Shown: one piece after another, positions 19,795 to 29,605 of the stretch
How positions within the stretch are numbered: position 1 is the stretch's first letter
How the letters are laid out: each line of letters begins with the position of its first letter
Assembly: GCA_964291405.2 (NCBI GenBank)
Contig: OZ219926.1
Location: 864,001-928,000 of the forward strand
Origin: Thermodesulfobacteriota bacterium
GTDB taxonomy: Bacteria; Desulfobacterota; Binatia; Bin18
Length of the DNA: 64,000 nucleotides
Direction of reading: 5' to 3'
Made by a program: the position numbers and the translations under genes
The notes under the pieces: generated by a model
The model's database searches: none
What the model saw: the letters and a program-made list of their open reading frames with translations, nothing else
What the model was told of the DNA's origin: nothing

Positions 19795-20598
19795 TCAGGC
19801 ATCCTCGTACTGCGGTTCGCGTTTCTCCAGAAAGGCCGCAATGCCCTCGCGCACATCGTTGGTCCGTGTGGTCAGAATCTGGTTCCGATCTTCCATCGCA
19901 ATGGCCGCCTCCAGCGTTGGCGCGTCAACCGAATAGCGCAGGCATTCTTTTGTCAGCCGCACCCCCAGGGGCGAGTTGCGCAGAACACGGCGGGCCATCG
20001 CTTCGGCGGCCTGGTCCAATTCGGCGTCCGGCACCAGGCGAGAGGCCAGCCCCGTTGCCAAGGCCCGTTGCGCATCAATAAAGTCCCCGGTCAGTAAGAG
20101 CTCGGAAGCGACCGAAGAGCCGACCAGCCGGGGTAGAAAATAACTCACGCCCACATCACAGGCAGACAGCCCTATGCGGATAAATGCCGCGTTCATACGC
20201 GCAGATTCCCCAACAACGCGCATATCGCTCGCCAGAGCCAAGGCAAAACCACCCCCGGCGGCCGGGCCGTGAACAGCAGCAATAAACGGTTGTGGGGCAC
20301 GGTGAATCTTAATCGCCAACTCGGCAATCCGGCGCTGGTCCCGCAGCCCCTGGGCCACGGAATAGGTGTCGGTTGCGGCGCTTGACTGTTTAAGATCAAG
20401 TCCAGCACAAAAGCCGCGGCCCGCGCCACGCAGGATGACCACCCGGACAGTCTGATCCTGGTGCAGTTCGTCGAGAGCGGTATGCAGCTCGTGGACCAGC
20501 AGACTATTCATGGCGTTCAGCGACGCCGGGCGATTCAAGACGAGCCATAAGAGGTCTGTATCCCGCCGCAGCTCCAGGGTTTCGTAGCGCTCATTCAT
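19795..20598 (-). CDS. Enoyl-CoA hydratase/isomerase family
   Basis: LNRP..LNA, FCAGLDL, GPAAGGG, AFLEKR. Confidence 0.9.
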   Translation of the reverse strand: MNERYETLELRRDTDLLWLVLNRPASLNAMNSLLVHELHTALDELHQDQTVRVVILRGAGRGFCAGLDLKQSSAATDTYSVAQGLRDQRRIAELAIKIHRAPQPFIAAVHGPAAGGGFALALASDMRVVGESARMNAAFIRIGLSACDVGVSYFLPRLVGSSVASELLLTGDFIDAQRALATGLASRLVPDAELDQAAEAMARRVLRNSPLGVRLTKECLRYSVDAPTLEAAIAMEDRNQILTTRTNDVREGIAAFLEKREPQYEDA

Positions 20599-20629
20599 GC
20601 TTCTCTCCAACCTCACCCAGCGTTAATAT

Positions 20630-20974
20630 TTAGAGACTTAAAATAATGCGTACCCGGCTTTCCAATTCCCGCATCGTAGCGCTCGGCAACACGCCGATCT
20701 CTTGCCGGAAAGAAGTGTTAGCCACTGCAATTAATTGACCCAAAAGGAAATCACTGTCCCGGTCAAGACCAGCTTGACTTTTCTCCATATGTAAGCGGAG
20801 GATGCCGGGCTCCTCAACCAAACGAGTTGTTGTTGGAATGACGATCGTCGAAGGATAACCGGCTTCGTTCACCAAGTTCGACTGCAAGACCACCGCAGGA
20901 CGCAGCTTACCCGGTTTGGTCCTGACCCGAGGATTAAAGTCAATAATATACACATGTCCGCGTTTGATCTCCAT
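20630..20974 (-). CDS. PemK/MazF-family toxin
   Basis: IKRGHVY..FNP..KLRPAVVLQSN..IVIPTT. Confidence 0.85.
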   Translation of the reverse strand: MEIKRGHVYIIDFNPRVRTKPGKLRPAVVLQSNLVNEAGYPSTIVIPTTTRLVEEPGILRLHMEKSQAGLDRDSDFLLGQLIAVANTSFRQEIGVLPSATMRELESRVRIILSL

Positions 20975-20981
20975 CGGGCAG

Positions 20982-21233
20982 CTACTCCTCGGGAAGCGCA
21001 TGCGCCGTACTCGCAGGAAATAAGGCGTGATTTTCTTTCTGATCGGCGACCGCACAATGGCGAACAGATTCCCGAATTTCCGCCCGGAGCCGCTCTTTTT
21101 CCGTTTTTTCCTCTAAGGTTTGTAAGGCCACACGCAGAATACCGGCCTTACTGGGAATCCCTAACGCTTTCCGGAGTCGTTCAATCTGTTGTTCCGTCTC
21201 CTTTGATACGGCAATTGCTCCCATTATTCTCAT
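20982..21233 (-). CDS. Putative RHH-type antitoxin
   Basis: Small charged ORF directly upstream of the toxin, ribbon-helix-helix-like pattern. Confidence 0.7.
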   Translation of the reverse strand: MRIMGAIAVSKETEQQIERLRKALGIPSKAGILRVALQTLEEKTEKERLRAEIRESVRHCAVADQKENHALFPASTAHALPEE

Positions 21234-21236
21234 CCT

Positions 21237-21256
21237 TATAAATTTTATAATTTATA
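21237..21256. promoter_or_regulatory. Putative TA operator
   Basis: TATAAATT-TTAT-AATTTATA inverted repeat in an AT-rich patch just upstream of the antitoxin. Confidence 0.55.
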
Positions 21257-21299
21257 GAATAATAAAATATACAATAAAGAACAAGACTCTCCTGTCAGA

Positions 21300-22070
21300 T
21301 TAAATCAACGAGCGTGACTGACAGCCGTCAACAGTAATACACGCCCCGGAAACCCATTGGGCGCGTTCCGATGCCAGAAAAACGACGACGTCCGCCACTT
21401 CTTCCGGCTTTCCAAAACGCCCGACCGGCAGCTCGGCTTTGACAAAAGCGGCAATGCCTTCGGGATTTTCTTTTTGCCGTTGTTCCCACGCTCCCCCAGG
21501 AAAGAGAATCGACCCCGGCGCAACGCTGTTGACGCGAATCCCCTTGGGCGCAAGCGTACGGGCCATTTCCTTGGATAAACTAATCATGGCCGCCTTGGCG
21601 GCGTTATAGGTCATCGGTCCGCCCCACTCGCGGCCGTAGATCGAGGCAATATTAATCACACAGCCCGCCTTGCGTTCTTCCATAACCGGGACGACCAGCT
21701 GGCACAGGTCCAGCGCGGAAAAGAAATTGAGGGCAAAGCCGGCCTGCCAGTCTTGCCGGGAAGCATTGAGGTTGCCGCCCGGACGGGACCCGCCAACGTT
21801 GTTGATGAGAATATCGATCCCACCAAAATGTTGCTGCGTAGCTTCAACCCAGCGCCGGGCCTCAGCTTCCTGGGTCACGTCCAGCGCCGTAGCCAGCACT
21901 TCAACGCCCGCTCCCCGGGCTTCTTGAGCGGTTTCCTCAAGCTGTTCCCGACCCCGCGCGCACAGGCTCAAGCGACAACCTTCCGCGGCCAGTCCCAGTG
22001 CAATAGCGCGCCCAATGCCTCGACTCGCTCCGCTAATCATTGCAACGTTGTTTGAGAGTCCAAGATCCAT
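21300..22070 (-). CDS. SDR family oxidoreductase
   Basis: SGASRGIG, NNVG, YNAAK. Confidence 0.92.
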   Translation of the reverse strand: MDLGLSNNVAMISGASRGIGRAIALGLAAEGCRLSLCARGREQLEETAQEARGAGVEVLATALDVTQEAEARRWVEATQQHFGGIDILINNVGGSRPGGNLNASRQDWQAGFALNFFSALDLCQLVVPVMEERKAGCVINIASIYGREWGGPMTYNAAKAAMISLSKEMARTLAPKGIRVNSVAPGSILFPGGAWEQRQKENPEGIAAFVKAELPVGRFGKPEEVADVVVFLASERAQWVSGACITVDGCQSRSLI

Positions 22071-22207
22071 ACCGTCCTCCTTTATCTGCTCGATTCGGAC
22101 TAAACATATCTCATTTCCAAGAAAAAGGCCGCGCCCGCCTCTCTTGCCAGACGGCAGGGCGTCCGCTTAGATGAGGCCGCCATCGTATGCAGCCAAGGGG
22201 GCTCACC

Positions 22208-22930
22208 GTGCCAGAACATTTTCTTTTGGAAAAAGACGGGACCATTGCCACGCTCACCTTTAACCGGCCGGAAAAACGCAATCCACTCAATGAAGACATT
22301 GCCCTGGAACTGGAGCGCCTGCAATACCAGATACGCGACGACGCCGACATTCGCGTGGTTGTTTTTACCGGAACGGGCAATACATTTTCAGCCGGTGCAG
22401 ACCTCTCGCCCATCAGAGGCATCAGCGACCGCCAGGAACGGCGGAAAATTTTCGCTCCGCTCGGTAAGCGGTGGACGCGCGCCATTGCCCGCACGCTCGA
22501 TATGTTTGCCAACATGGAGCCGGTCGTGATTGCCGCAATCAACGGCTACGCGATTGGTGGCGGTTGGTCACTGGCGCTGGCGTGTGATTTTCGGATAGCG
22601 GTCGAGGAAGCAGAGTTCTGGTTTCCCGAAGTAGACCTCGGCGTGCCGCTGAGTCCACCCTCAACTGCCCTGCTGGTTGCCAATGTGGGGCCGAATCGAG
22701 CCAAGGACATCATCCTCAACTGCCGGCACCTGAAGGCGGACGAAGCCCTCCAACTCGGCTTGGTCAATCAGGTGGTCACACAAGCAGAACTCCTGCCGAC
22801 CGCGTACGCCCTGGCTCGCAGTCTGGCCGATAAAAACCCGACTGCTGTCATGGTCTCCAAGGCGACCGTGAACAGTCTGGCCCGCGGCAACACTGTCCTG
22901 CGTCCCGACCTGATGTTTACAAGAGAGTAA
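22208..22930 (+). CDS. Enoyl-CoA hydratase/isomerase family
   Basis: FNRPEKRN, FSAGADL, GYAIGGG, PEVDLG. Confidence 0.88.
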   Translation: MPEHFLLEKDGTIATLTFNRPEKRNPLNEDIALELERLQYQIRDDADIRVVVFTGTGNTFSAGADLSPIRGISDRQERRKIFAPLGKRWTRAIARTLDMFANMEPVVIAAINGYAIGGGWSLALACDFRIAVEEAEFWFPEVDLGVPLSPPSTALLVANVGPNRAKDIILNCRHLKADEALQLGLVNQVVTQAELLPTAYALARSLADKNPTAVMVSKATVNSLARGNTVLRPDLMFTRE

Positions 22931-22980
22931 AACACACCCGCGAGCGCTGATGTAGCGTGTATTGAGAGGGAGGAAACCCC

Positions 22981-24135
22981 ATGCCAGAAAAAGAACGCTG
23001 TCCCGAAATTCGGAATGAGATGCGCAAATTCTGTAGTCAGTATGGAGACGAATATTGGCGCGAGCTCGATAAGGAAAATCGCTATCCGGAGCAGTTTGTT
23101 GATGAACTGACCCAAGCCGGCTGGTTGGCGGCCTTAATCCCCGAACAATACGGTGGCTCGGGACTGACGGTGACCGAAGCCAGCGTGATTTTGGAAGAGA
23201 TCAACCGCTCGGGCGGCAATGCCGCCGCCTGTCATGCCCAGATGTACATCATGGGCGCCCTGCTCCGGCACGGCAGCGATGAACAGAAACAACGCTATTT
23301 ACCTCATATTGCAAGCGGCGAGATTCGCCTCCAGGCCTTTGGTGTCACCGAGCCGGACGCTGGCTCCGATACGACGCATATTCGCACCACAGCCAAAAGA
23401 GAGGGCGACTATTATATCGTCAACGGCGGTAAAATTTTTACCTCCCGGGTGCAGCACTCCGATATGCTCCTCCTCTTGGCCCGGACCACTCCGTACGACG
23501 AAAGCCCCAAAAGAACGCTCGGCATGAGTATCTTTCTGGTGGATTTGCGGGAGGCCGGAGACACTGTCGAGGTGCGCCCGATTGACGCCATGATTAACCA
23601 TGAAACCAACCAGCTCTTTTTCCACGAGCTCAAGGTCCCGGTCGAAAACCTGATTGGCGAAGAGGGCTCCGGCTTCTACTATATTCTCGACGGCATGAAC
23701 GCCGAGCGTATCCTGGTCGCCTCCGAGGCCATTGGTGACGCCCGCTGGTTTATCAAGCGCGCCGTCCAGTACGGCAATGAACGCGAGATTTTTGGGCGGC
23801 CCATCACCAAGAACCAGGGCATCCAGTTTCCACTGGCTCAAGCGTATGCCCAGACTGAGGCCGCGGACCTCATGCGCTTTCGCGCCTCCGATTTATTTGA
23901 CGCCGGTGAAGCCTGTGGCGCAGAGGCCAATATGGCCAAGCTTTTGTGCTCGCAAGCCTCCTGGGCCGCCGCCAACGCGGCTATCGATACTCACGGCGGG
24001 TATGGCTTTGCCGCAGAGTACGACGTGGAGCGCAAGTTCCGTGAGAGCCGCTTGTTCTCGATCGCACCGATCTCGAACAATATGGTGCTCAACTTTATTG
24101 CCGAGCACGTGCTGGGCATGCCGAGATCGTATTAG
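22981..24135 (+). CDS. Acyl-CoA dehydrogenase
   Basis: VTEPDAGSD, NGGKIFTS, THGGYGF. Confidence 0.92.
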   Translation: MPEKERCPEIRNEMRKFCSQYGDEYWRELDKENRYPEQFVDELTQAGWLAALIPEQYGGSGLTVTEASVILEEINRSGGNAAACHAQMYIMGALLRHGSDEQKQRYLPHIASGEIRLQAFGVTEPDAGSDTTHIRTTAKREGDYYIVNGGKIFTSRVQHSDMLLLLARTTPYDESPKRTLGMSIFLVDLREAGDTVEVRPIDAMINHETNQLFFHELKVPVENLIGEEGSGFYYILDGMNAERILVASEAIGDARWFIKRAVQYGNEREIFGRPITKNQGIQFPLAQAYAQTEAADLMRFRASDLFDAGEACGAEANMAKLLCSQASWAAANAAIDTHGGYGFAAEYDVERKFRESRLFSIAPISNNMVLNFIAEHVLGMPRSY

Positions 24136-24144
24136 GAGCCGGCC

Positions 24145-25173
24145 ATGAAAATCGACACGGCCCTGATGCCCTCGACCTTTGAGGCCGCGGCAAAGGTTGC
24201 TCGTGAGGCCGAAGAAATGGGCCTGGATGGGTTGTGGACTGCGGAGACCAGCCACGATCCGTTTTTTCCACTCGTGGTCGCCGCCAGGGAAACGGAACGC
24301 ATCCAGCTTGGCACCGGTGTTGCCATCGTCTTTCCGCGCAGTCCCATGGTGCTGGCAAACATCTGCTGGGATTTACAAGCCAACTCCGGCGGGCGCTTCA
24401 TCCTTGGGCTGGGCACCCAGGTCAAGGGCCACAACCAGCGGCGCTTCAGCGTCAAATGGGAAGCCCCGGTGAAGCGCTTGCGCGAAGTCGTCCTGTCGCT
24501 GCGGGCCATTTGGGACTGCTGGCAGAACGACACCGCGCTCAACTTTGAGGGCGAGTTTTATCAATTCTCGTTGATGACGCCGTTCTTTAATCCCGGCCCG
24601 ATCGAGCAACCGCATATTCCCATTATTCTCTCCGGTCTGAATCCCTTGATCAGCCAGCTGGCCGGCGAGGTCGGCGACGGATTCTTTGTCCATAATTTTC
24701 ACACCCCGGCCTATCTCAAGGAAACGGTGCTGCCCAATATTGAAAAGGGCCTGGCCAAAGCCGGTCGAAAGCGCGAGGACTTCACCCTGCAAACCGGGAC
24801 GTTTATTGCCAGCGGAGCCACGCCGGACGAAGTCCGCAAAGCCGTCGGCGCGGTGCGACAACAGGTCGCTTTTTATGCGTCAACGCGGACCTATAAAGGC
24901 GTGCTCGACACTCACGGCTGGGGAGAGACCTGCTTTCGGCTGAATGAAAAGGCCGCCAAGGGCGACTGGGACGGCATGGCGGCGGAAATTACCGACGAGA
25001 TGTTGGATGAAATCGCCGTCATCGGCATCTATGACACCATCGCCACAAAACTGGCCACTCGGTATAGCGGACTCCTGGACCGCCTCATCGTTGGCTTTGG
25101 TGCCTCAGAGCGTCAGGACCCAGGGCGCTACCGCGAATTCGTTCAGGAAGTGAGATCGCAGATGAATACGTAA
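24145..25173 (+). CDS. LLM class F420-dependent oxidoreductase (TIGR03617-like)
   Basis: ETSHDPF, FPRSP, LGLGTQVKGHNQRRF, LMTPFFNPG. Confidence 0.85.
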   Translation: MKIDTALMPSTFEAAAKVAREAEEMGLDGLWTAETSHDPFFPLVVAARETERIQLGTGVAIVFPRSPMVLANICWDLQANSGGRFILGLGTQVKGHNQRRFSVKWEAPVKRLREVVLSLRAIWDCWQNDTALNFEGEFYQFSLMTPFFNPGPIEQPHIPIILSGLNPLISQLAGEVGDGFFVHNFHTPAYLKETVLPNIEKGLAKAGRKREDFTLQTGTFIASGATPDEVRKAVGAVRQQVAFYASTRTYKGVLDTHGWGETCFRLNEKAAKGDWDGMAAEITDEMLDEIAVIGIYDTIATKLATRYSGLLDRLIVGFGASERQDPGRYREFVQEVRSQMNT

Positions 25174-25267
25174 GAGAAAGGCAGGAACCCACCCCGGCCC
25201 ACGGCCACCCCTCCCAGGAGGGGATGGAACACCGTGTGAACTGAAACCGGGGGAACAGGAGGAAAGT

Positions 25268-26497
25268 ATGGGGGCACTGACTGACAAATACTGCATTGTC
25301 GGCGTGGGAGAAACGCCGCATATGCGTCCATCCAATCGCACAACCTTGTCCATGGCGTGTGAGGCGGTCAAAAAGGCGATGGCCGATGCCGGTCTGGAGC
25401 CGCGCGATATTGACGGCATGACCAGCTATCAAGCCGGAGACTCAACCACCTCGAATCATATCGCCACATCGCTCGGCATGCGGCTCAACTATTCGGTGGA
25501 TATTCTCGGTGGAGGGTCGAGCACCGAGGCGCTGATTGGCAATACGATCGGCCTGCTGGAAGCCGGTTATTGCAAAACCATGGTGATCTTCCGGTCCATG
25601 AACGGGCGCTCCGGGCGCCGTATGGGCGGACAAGCGCCCAGCGGTCCGGTGCCGCCAACCCGGGCAGCCGAGGATAATCAGTTCATGATGCCCTGGGGCT
25701 GGACCTCACCGGCCCAACGCTTCGGCATGTCCGCCATGCGCTATTTGCGCGACACCGGCACGACCACCAAATCGCTAGCCGAAATTGCGGTTGCGCATCG
25801 CTATCACGCCAGCCTGAATCCCAAGGCGGTCATGCGTCACCCCATCACAATCGAGGATCACCAGAATTCGCGCTGGGTGGTCAAACCCCTGCGGCTGCTC
25901 GACTGCTGCCTCGAAACCGATGTCTCGGCCTGTCTCATTGTCACGTCTCGTGAACGCGCCTATGACCTGCGTCAGCCGCCGGTTTTCATTATGGGCGGGA
26001 CGGGGCGGACCATGGCTCCCAACGCGGCCTGGAACTACTCGCGCCCGGAGATCCACTACGTCGCCGGGAATTACGGCCGTAAGCGTTTGTTCGGCATGGC
26101 CGGGATCAGTCAAAAAGACGTGAACCTGATTTCGTGCTACGACGCGTTCACCTTCACCACCCTCATTCAGCTCGAAGCCTACGGTTTCTGCGGCAAAGGC
26201 GAGGCGGGGGAGTTTGTGAAAGGTGGCCGGTTGCAGATTGACCACGAGCTGCCGTCCAACCTCTCCGGGGGACATTTGTCCGAAGGCTACACCCACGGGG
26301 TGAGCATGGTGATTGAAAACGTCCGCCAACTCCGCCATCGCGCCGACGACGCCTGTCCGGGCTGGGCCGAGGGCAAACACAGCTACGACCGCCAGGCCGG
26401 CTGTCGTCAAGTGCAGGATGCCCGCATTGCAGCCTGTCTCGGTTGGGGAACGGAAACCATGTCGAGTTCGGCCATTCTACGTGGGATTTCAGCCTAA
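25268..26497 (+). CDS. Thiolase-like (SCP-x/Ltp type) protein
   Basis: IVGVGET, LRLLDCC, YDAFT, NLSGGHLSEGY. Confidence 0.85.
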   Translation: MGALTDKYCIVGVGETPHMRPSNRTTLSMACEAVKKAMADAGLEPRDIDGMTSYQAGDSTTSNHIATSLGMRLNYSVDILGGGSSTEALIGNTIGLLEAGYCKTMVIFRSMNGRSGRRMGGQAPSGPVPPTRAAEDNQFMMPWGWTSPAQRFGMSAMRYLRDTGTTTKSLAEIAVAHRYHASLNPKAVMRHPITIEDHQNSRWVVKPLRLLDCCLETDVSACLIVTSRERAYDLRQPPVFIMGGTGRTMAPNAAWNYSRPEIHYVAGNYGRKRLFGMAGISQKDVNLISCYDAFTFTTLIQLEAYGFCGKGEAGEFVKGGRLQIDHELPSNLSGGHLSEGYTHGVSMVIENVRQLRHRADDACPGWAEGKHSYDRQAGCRQVQDARIAACLGWGTETMSSSAILRGISA

Positions 26498-26510
26498 AGG
26501 AGCGCTGACT

Positions 26511-26981
26511 ATGCCTGGTCCAATTGATTACAGCAAAATCACAATCACGCCCGACTTCGATACCGCCGAATGGTGGATGGGCACCAAAGAGCATAAATAT
26601 CTCGTGCGCCAGTGCAAGGACTGCGGCCACAAATGGTTTCCGCCCTTCCCCGCCTGTAACAAATGCAACTCTATGGATCTCGGCTGGTTTGAGACCGCCG
26701 GCACCGGTGTGCTCCACAGCTATATCGTCGTGACCCAGCCCATCCTGGGCGCATTTGTCGAAGCGGTCCCCTATGTTGTCGGCCTGATTGAGTTAGACGA
26801 CTGTCACGAAGCCGACGGCTCGCTCGTCCGCGTCGGCGGAGTCATGCTGGACGACGAAGAAGATGTGGCAATCGGTCTGCCCGTCACAGTGGAATTCGAG
26901 CAGACCAACGAGGCCAATATCGTTGTACCGCGCTGGAAGATCAGCGGTACGGCAGAAAACACCTGGAAGTTCAGTGAATGA
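26511..26981 (+). CDS. DUF35 Zn-ribbon/OB-fold protein
   Basis: CKDC..FPP..CNKC, VPYVVGLIEL; follows the thiolase-like gene. Confidence 0.88.
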   Translation: MPGPIDYSKITITPDFDTAEWWMGTKEHKYLVRQCKDCGHKWFPPFPACNKCNSMDLGWFETAGTGVLHSYIVVTQPILGAFVEAVPYVVGLIELDDCHEADGSLVRVGGVMLDDEEDVAIGLPVTVEFEQTNEANIVVPRWKISGTAENTWKFSE

Positions 26982-27050
26982 TTTTTCAAATTGACGCAGA
27001 TATTATAGGCTCGTGCAGGTTTGGCCTCATGGGCAATGGTTATACTGAAG

Positions 27051-27377
27051 ATGCCGACCGTATTAAGAAGAGGACCATATCGATTCTTTTTCGTCTCACT
27101 TGACTATAATGAGCCGGCACATATTCATGTCCAACGAGAGCGCATGGTCGCAAAATTCTGGCTTGACCCTATCGCCCTCCAAAAGACGGGAGGTTTCAGC
27201 CGGACTGAGATCAATACTATCGCAAGGCAGAGCAGTTTCCTCCGTGGTGTAGCGAGGTGCTCTCCAGAGTTCTGTAGGGTGCACGAACCTTTCCCCGGTG
27301 CTAGAAAGAGAACACTAAACGAAGAAAGAGAACACTTACTGGAGGATTGGCATGACTTCTTCGGCCATGGGGATTGA
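27051..27377 (+). CDS. DUF4160 protein with an in-frame ~28-aa insertion
   Basis: MPTVLRRGPYRFFF..EPAHIHV..AKFWL..LLEDWHDFF. Confidence 0.8.
   Translation: MPTVLRRGPYRFFFVSLDYNEPAHIHVQRERMVAKFWLDPIALQKTGGFSRTEINTIARQSSFLRGVARCSPEFCRVHEPFPGARKRTLNEEREHLLEDWHDFFGHGD
27228..27304. mobile_element. Degenerate CTAG-family miniature element inside the DUF4160 gene
   Basis: Starts AGAGCA-N12-GTGTAGC like the 33886 element; ends GCTAG. Confidence 0.5.
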
Positions 27378-27669
27378 AGAAGCACGGGCTCAGGGGGTCG
27401 CCGTTGAGGACGACTCCCTTACAGTTGACCTTGTTGATGGCCGGACTGTCATCGTCCCGCTCACTTGGTACGCACGCCTATGGCACGGTACCCCAGAGGA
27501 ACGAAAGAACTTTGAGATTATTGGTGATGGGACGCTCATCCATTGGCCCGACCTCGATGAAGACCTGAGTGTCTCTGGTATTTTAGTTGGACGAAAGTCG
27601 GGGGAGAGTCAACAATCGTTAAAAAAATGGCTGGAAGGACGGACAAAGTCTGGAAATCAGCCAGCATAG
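27367..27669 (+). CDS. DUF2442 protein (TA partner of DUF4160)
   Basis: LVDGR..VPLTWYARL..IHWPDLDEDLS. Confidence 0.88.
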   Translation: MGIEEARAQGVAVEDDSLTVDLVDGRTVIVPLTWYARLWHGTPEERKNFEIIGDGTLIHWPDLDEDLSVSGILVGRKSGESQQSLKKWLEGRTKSGNQPA

Positions 27670-27687
27670 TATATCTGTAACTGTTCC

Positions 27688-28089
27688 ATGCAACTCCTGG
27701 CCTTCATCGGCCTCTGGCTCCTCTGCGCGGTTCTGTCGGCCTGTATTGCCGCCAGCAAGGGCCGGGAGTGGCAAGGCCGTTTGATCGGAGGCGTATTGAT
27801 CGGCCCGTTCGGACTGCTGATCGGGCTTCTCCCGGCCCGCTACAAAAAGCCGCTGAGGCTTCCCCCTCGGCTGTCCATCGTGTGTGCCATCGCCGCTGCC
27901 CTCATCTCGATTGGCGCGTTTTATGCTCTCCACATTAGTTACTGGGGCAGTGCCGTCCTCCTCTTTCTCGTGACCGGTCTTCTGGCAGAGATTGTCTTTC
28001 TGACCGACTCGGCGGATACCAGCCGGGAGCCTGACGACCCCAATCCTCCCACCCCCCCACCGAGTCTCAACAGCCGCCCGCTCGTGTAG
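27688..28089 (+). CDS. Hypothetical membrane protein
   Basis: About 4 hydrophobic segments; IAASKGR..IGPFGL motif. Confidence 0.6.
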   Translation: MQLLAFIGLWLLCAVLSACIAASKGREWQGRLIGGVLIGPFGLLIGLLPARYKKPLRLPPRLSIVCAIAAALISIGAFYALHISYWGSAVLLFLVTGLLAEIVFLTDSADTSREPDDPNPPTPPPSLNSRPLV

Positions 28090-28221
28090 GGACTCTCAAA
28101 ATAGACCCGAAGACCGATCAGCGGTTTTCCGATGCGGGAATGGTAGCGACCTCCGCCCCGTCATCTTGACCTCTCTCGGAGAAACCGTTTAGCTAGGCGC
28201 ACATATCCTAAGGAGGCGCAT

Positions 28222-28995
28222 GTGGCTGAAGAAATTCTGTGCTCAATCGACGAAGGCATTGCAACCATTACCCTGAACCGCCCGGAAAAGCGGAACGCCA
28301 TGAATACGGCGGTGCTGGAAGGATTGGAGCATTATTTTGACGAACTGGAGACCAACAACGACGTCCGCGCGATCATCGTCCGCGGCGAGGGCAAGGCATT
28401 TTGTGCCGGTCTGGACCTGCGGGAGCTAAATGCCCGTCAACAGAGCGACGTAGACGCGGAAAGCGGCATTATTGAGCTGCTCGGAAAAATCGAAACGTCT
28501 CGACATCCGACCATTGCCATGGTCCAGGGCGATGCCCTGGCCGGCGGCTGTGAACTCGCCCTCCACTGCGACCTGCGCGTTGTCTCGCAAGTCGCCCGGT
28601 TCGGCATGCCCCTGGCCCGGCTGGGGCTCATTGTTCCGTTCCGCTTGGGTCAAAAACTCGTTGAGATTGTTGGGCCAGCCTTCACCAAGCAGATCCTCCT
28701 CACCGGCCAGCCGGTAAGCGCTCAGCGGGCATATGAAATCGGCATGGTACACCAACTCGTCTCTGCCGACGAACTGGAAGCAGCCACGCTGACACTGGCC
28801 CGGACAATTGCCGCCAACGCGCCGCTCTCTCTGGCTGGCATGAAAAAGAGCATCCTGCGTATGATCTCGCTCCGGGACGGCATAGCCTCCGACGATCTCG
28901 ACACCCTGGTCCGTCAGGCGCGCAAGAGCGAAGACGCCGACGAAGGCGTGCGGGCCATGCTGGAGAAACGCCTACCGCGTTTTCGTGGGGTATAG
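28222..28995 (+). CDS. Enoyl-CoA hydratase/isomerase family
   Basis: LNRPEKRNA, FCAGLDL, GGCELALHCD. Confidence 0.9.
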   Translation: MAEEILCSIDEGIATITLNRPEKRNAMNTAVLEGLEHYFDELETNNDVRAIIVRGEGKAFCAGLDLRELNARQQSDVDAESGIIELLGKIETSRHPTIAMVQGDALAGGCELALHCDLRVVSQVARFGMPLARLGLIVPFRLGQKLVEIVGPAFTKQILLTGQPVSAQRAYEIGMVHQLVSADELEAATLTLARTIAANAPLSLAGMKKSILRMISLRDGIASDDLDTLVRQARKSEDADEGVRAMLEKRLPRFRGV

Positions 28996-29056
28996 ACCCT
29001 CCCTCCTCCTGAGAGAGGGAAGCGGCCTACGCCCCGCAGACGCTTGAGACCTTTCC

Positions 29057-29560
29057 ATGCTGTCCCTCCGGCTTCGCGCTACGGTGTATACGCTTGTCAT
29101 CCCCGGCTTCCTGGTCGGCTATCTGCCCTGGAAACTACGACCGCTTGAGGCTGTGGCCCCCCTTCCCTTCTCGATGCTGTTTTCCCTGCTCGGCTTTCTC
29201 CTCTGTCTGGGCGGCGGGGCCTTACTCTTTTCGGCGGTGTATTATCTTGTCCGCCGCGGCAACGGCACCCCTTTCCCCCTCGACCCACCCCAGCGCATGG
29301 TTGTTGCCGGCCCGTATGCCCATATTCAGCATCCCATGCTGGTCGGTCTGTTTGCCATGCTGTGCGGCCAGATCGTCTGGTTTCCGTCCATCCACGTCTT
29401 GCTCTATACTCTGTTGCTGCTGCTGGTCAGTCGCGCACTCGTGCTTCACATCGAAGAACCTACCCTGAGAAAAAGATTTGGTGAGGACTATATGGCCTAT
29501 CAGGCGGCTATACCGCGCTGGTTTCCGTCGCTGGTCTCATCAGGGCCGACAGATACCTGA
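29057..29560 (+). CDS. ICMT/PEMT-family membrane methyltransferase
   Basis: GTPFP.DPP..VVAGPY..HPM, EEPTL..FGEDY..Y...PRW. Confidence 0.85.
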   Translation: MLSLRLRATVYTLVIPGFLVGYLPWKLRPLEAVAPLPFSMLFSLLGFLLCLGGGALLFSAVYYLVRRGNGTPFPLDPPQRMVVAGPYAHIQHPMLVGLFAMLCGQIVWFPSIHVLLYTLLLLLVSRALVLHIEEPTLRKRFGEDYMAYQAAIPRWFPSLVSSGPTDT

Positions 29561-29605
29561 CTCCAGGAGCTTGTAAACGAGAGAACCTCATGGAAGGAGA
29601 AAATC

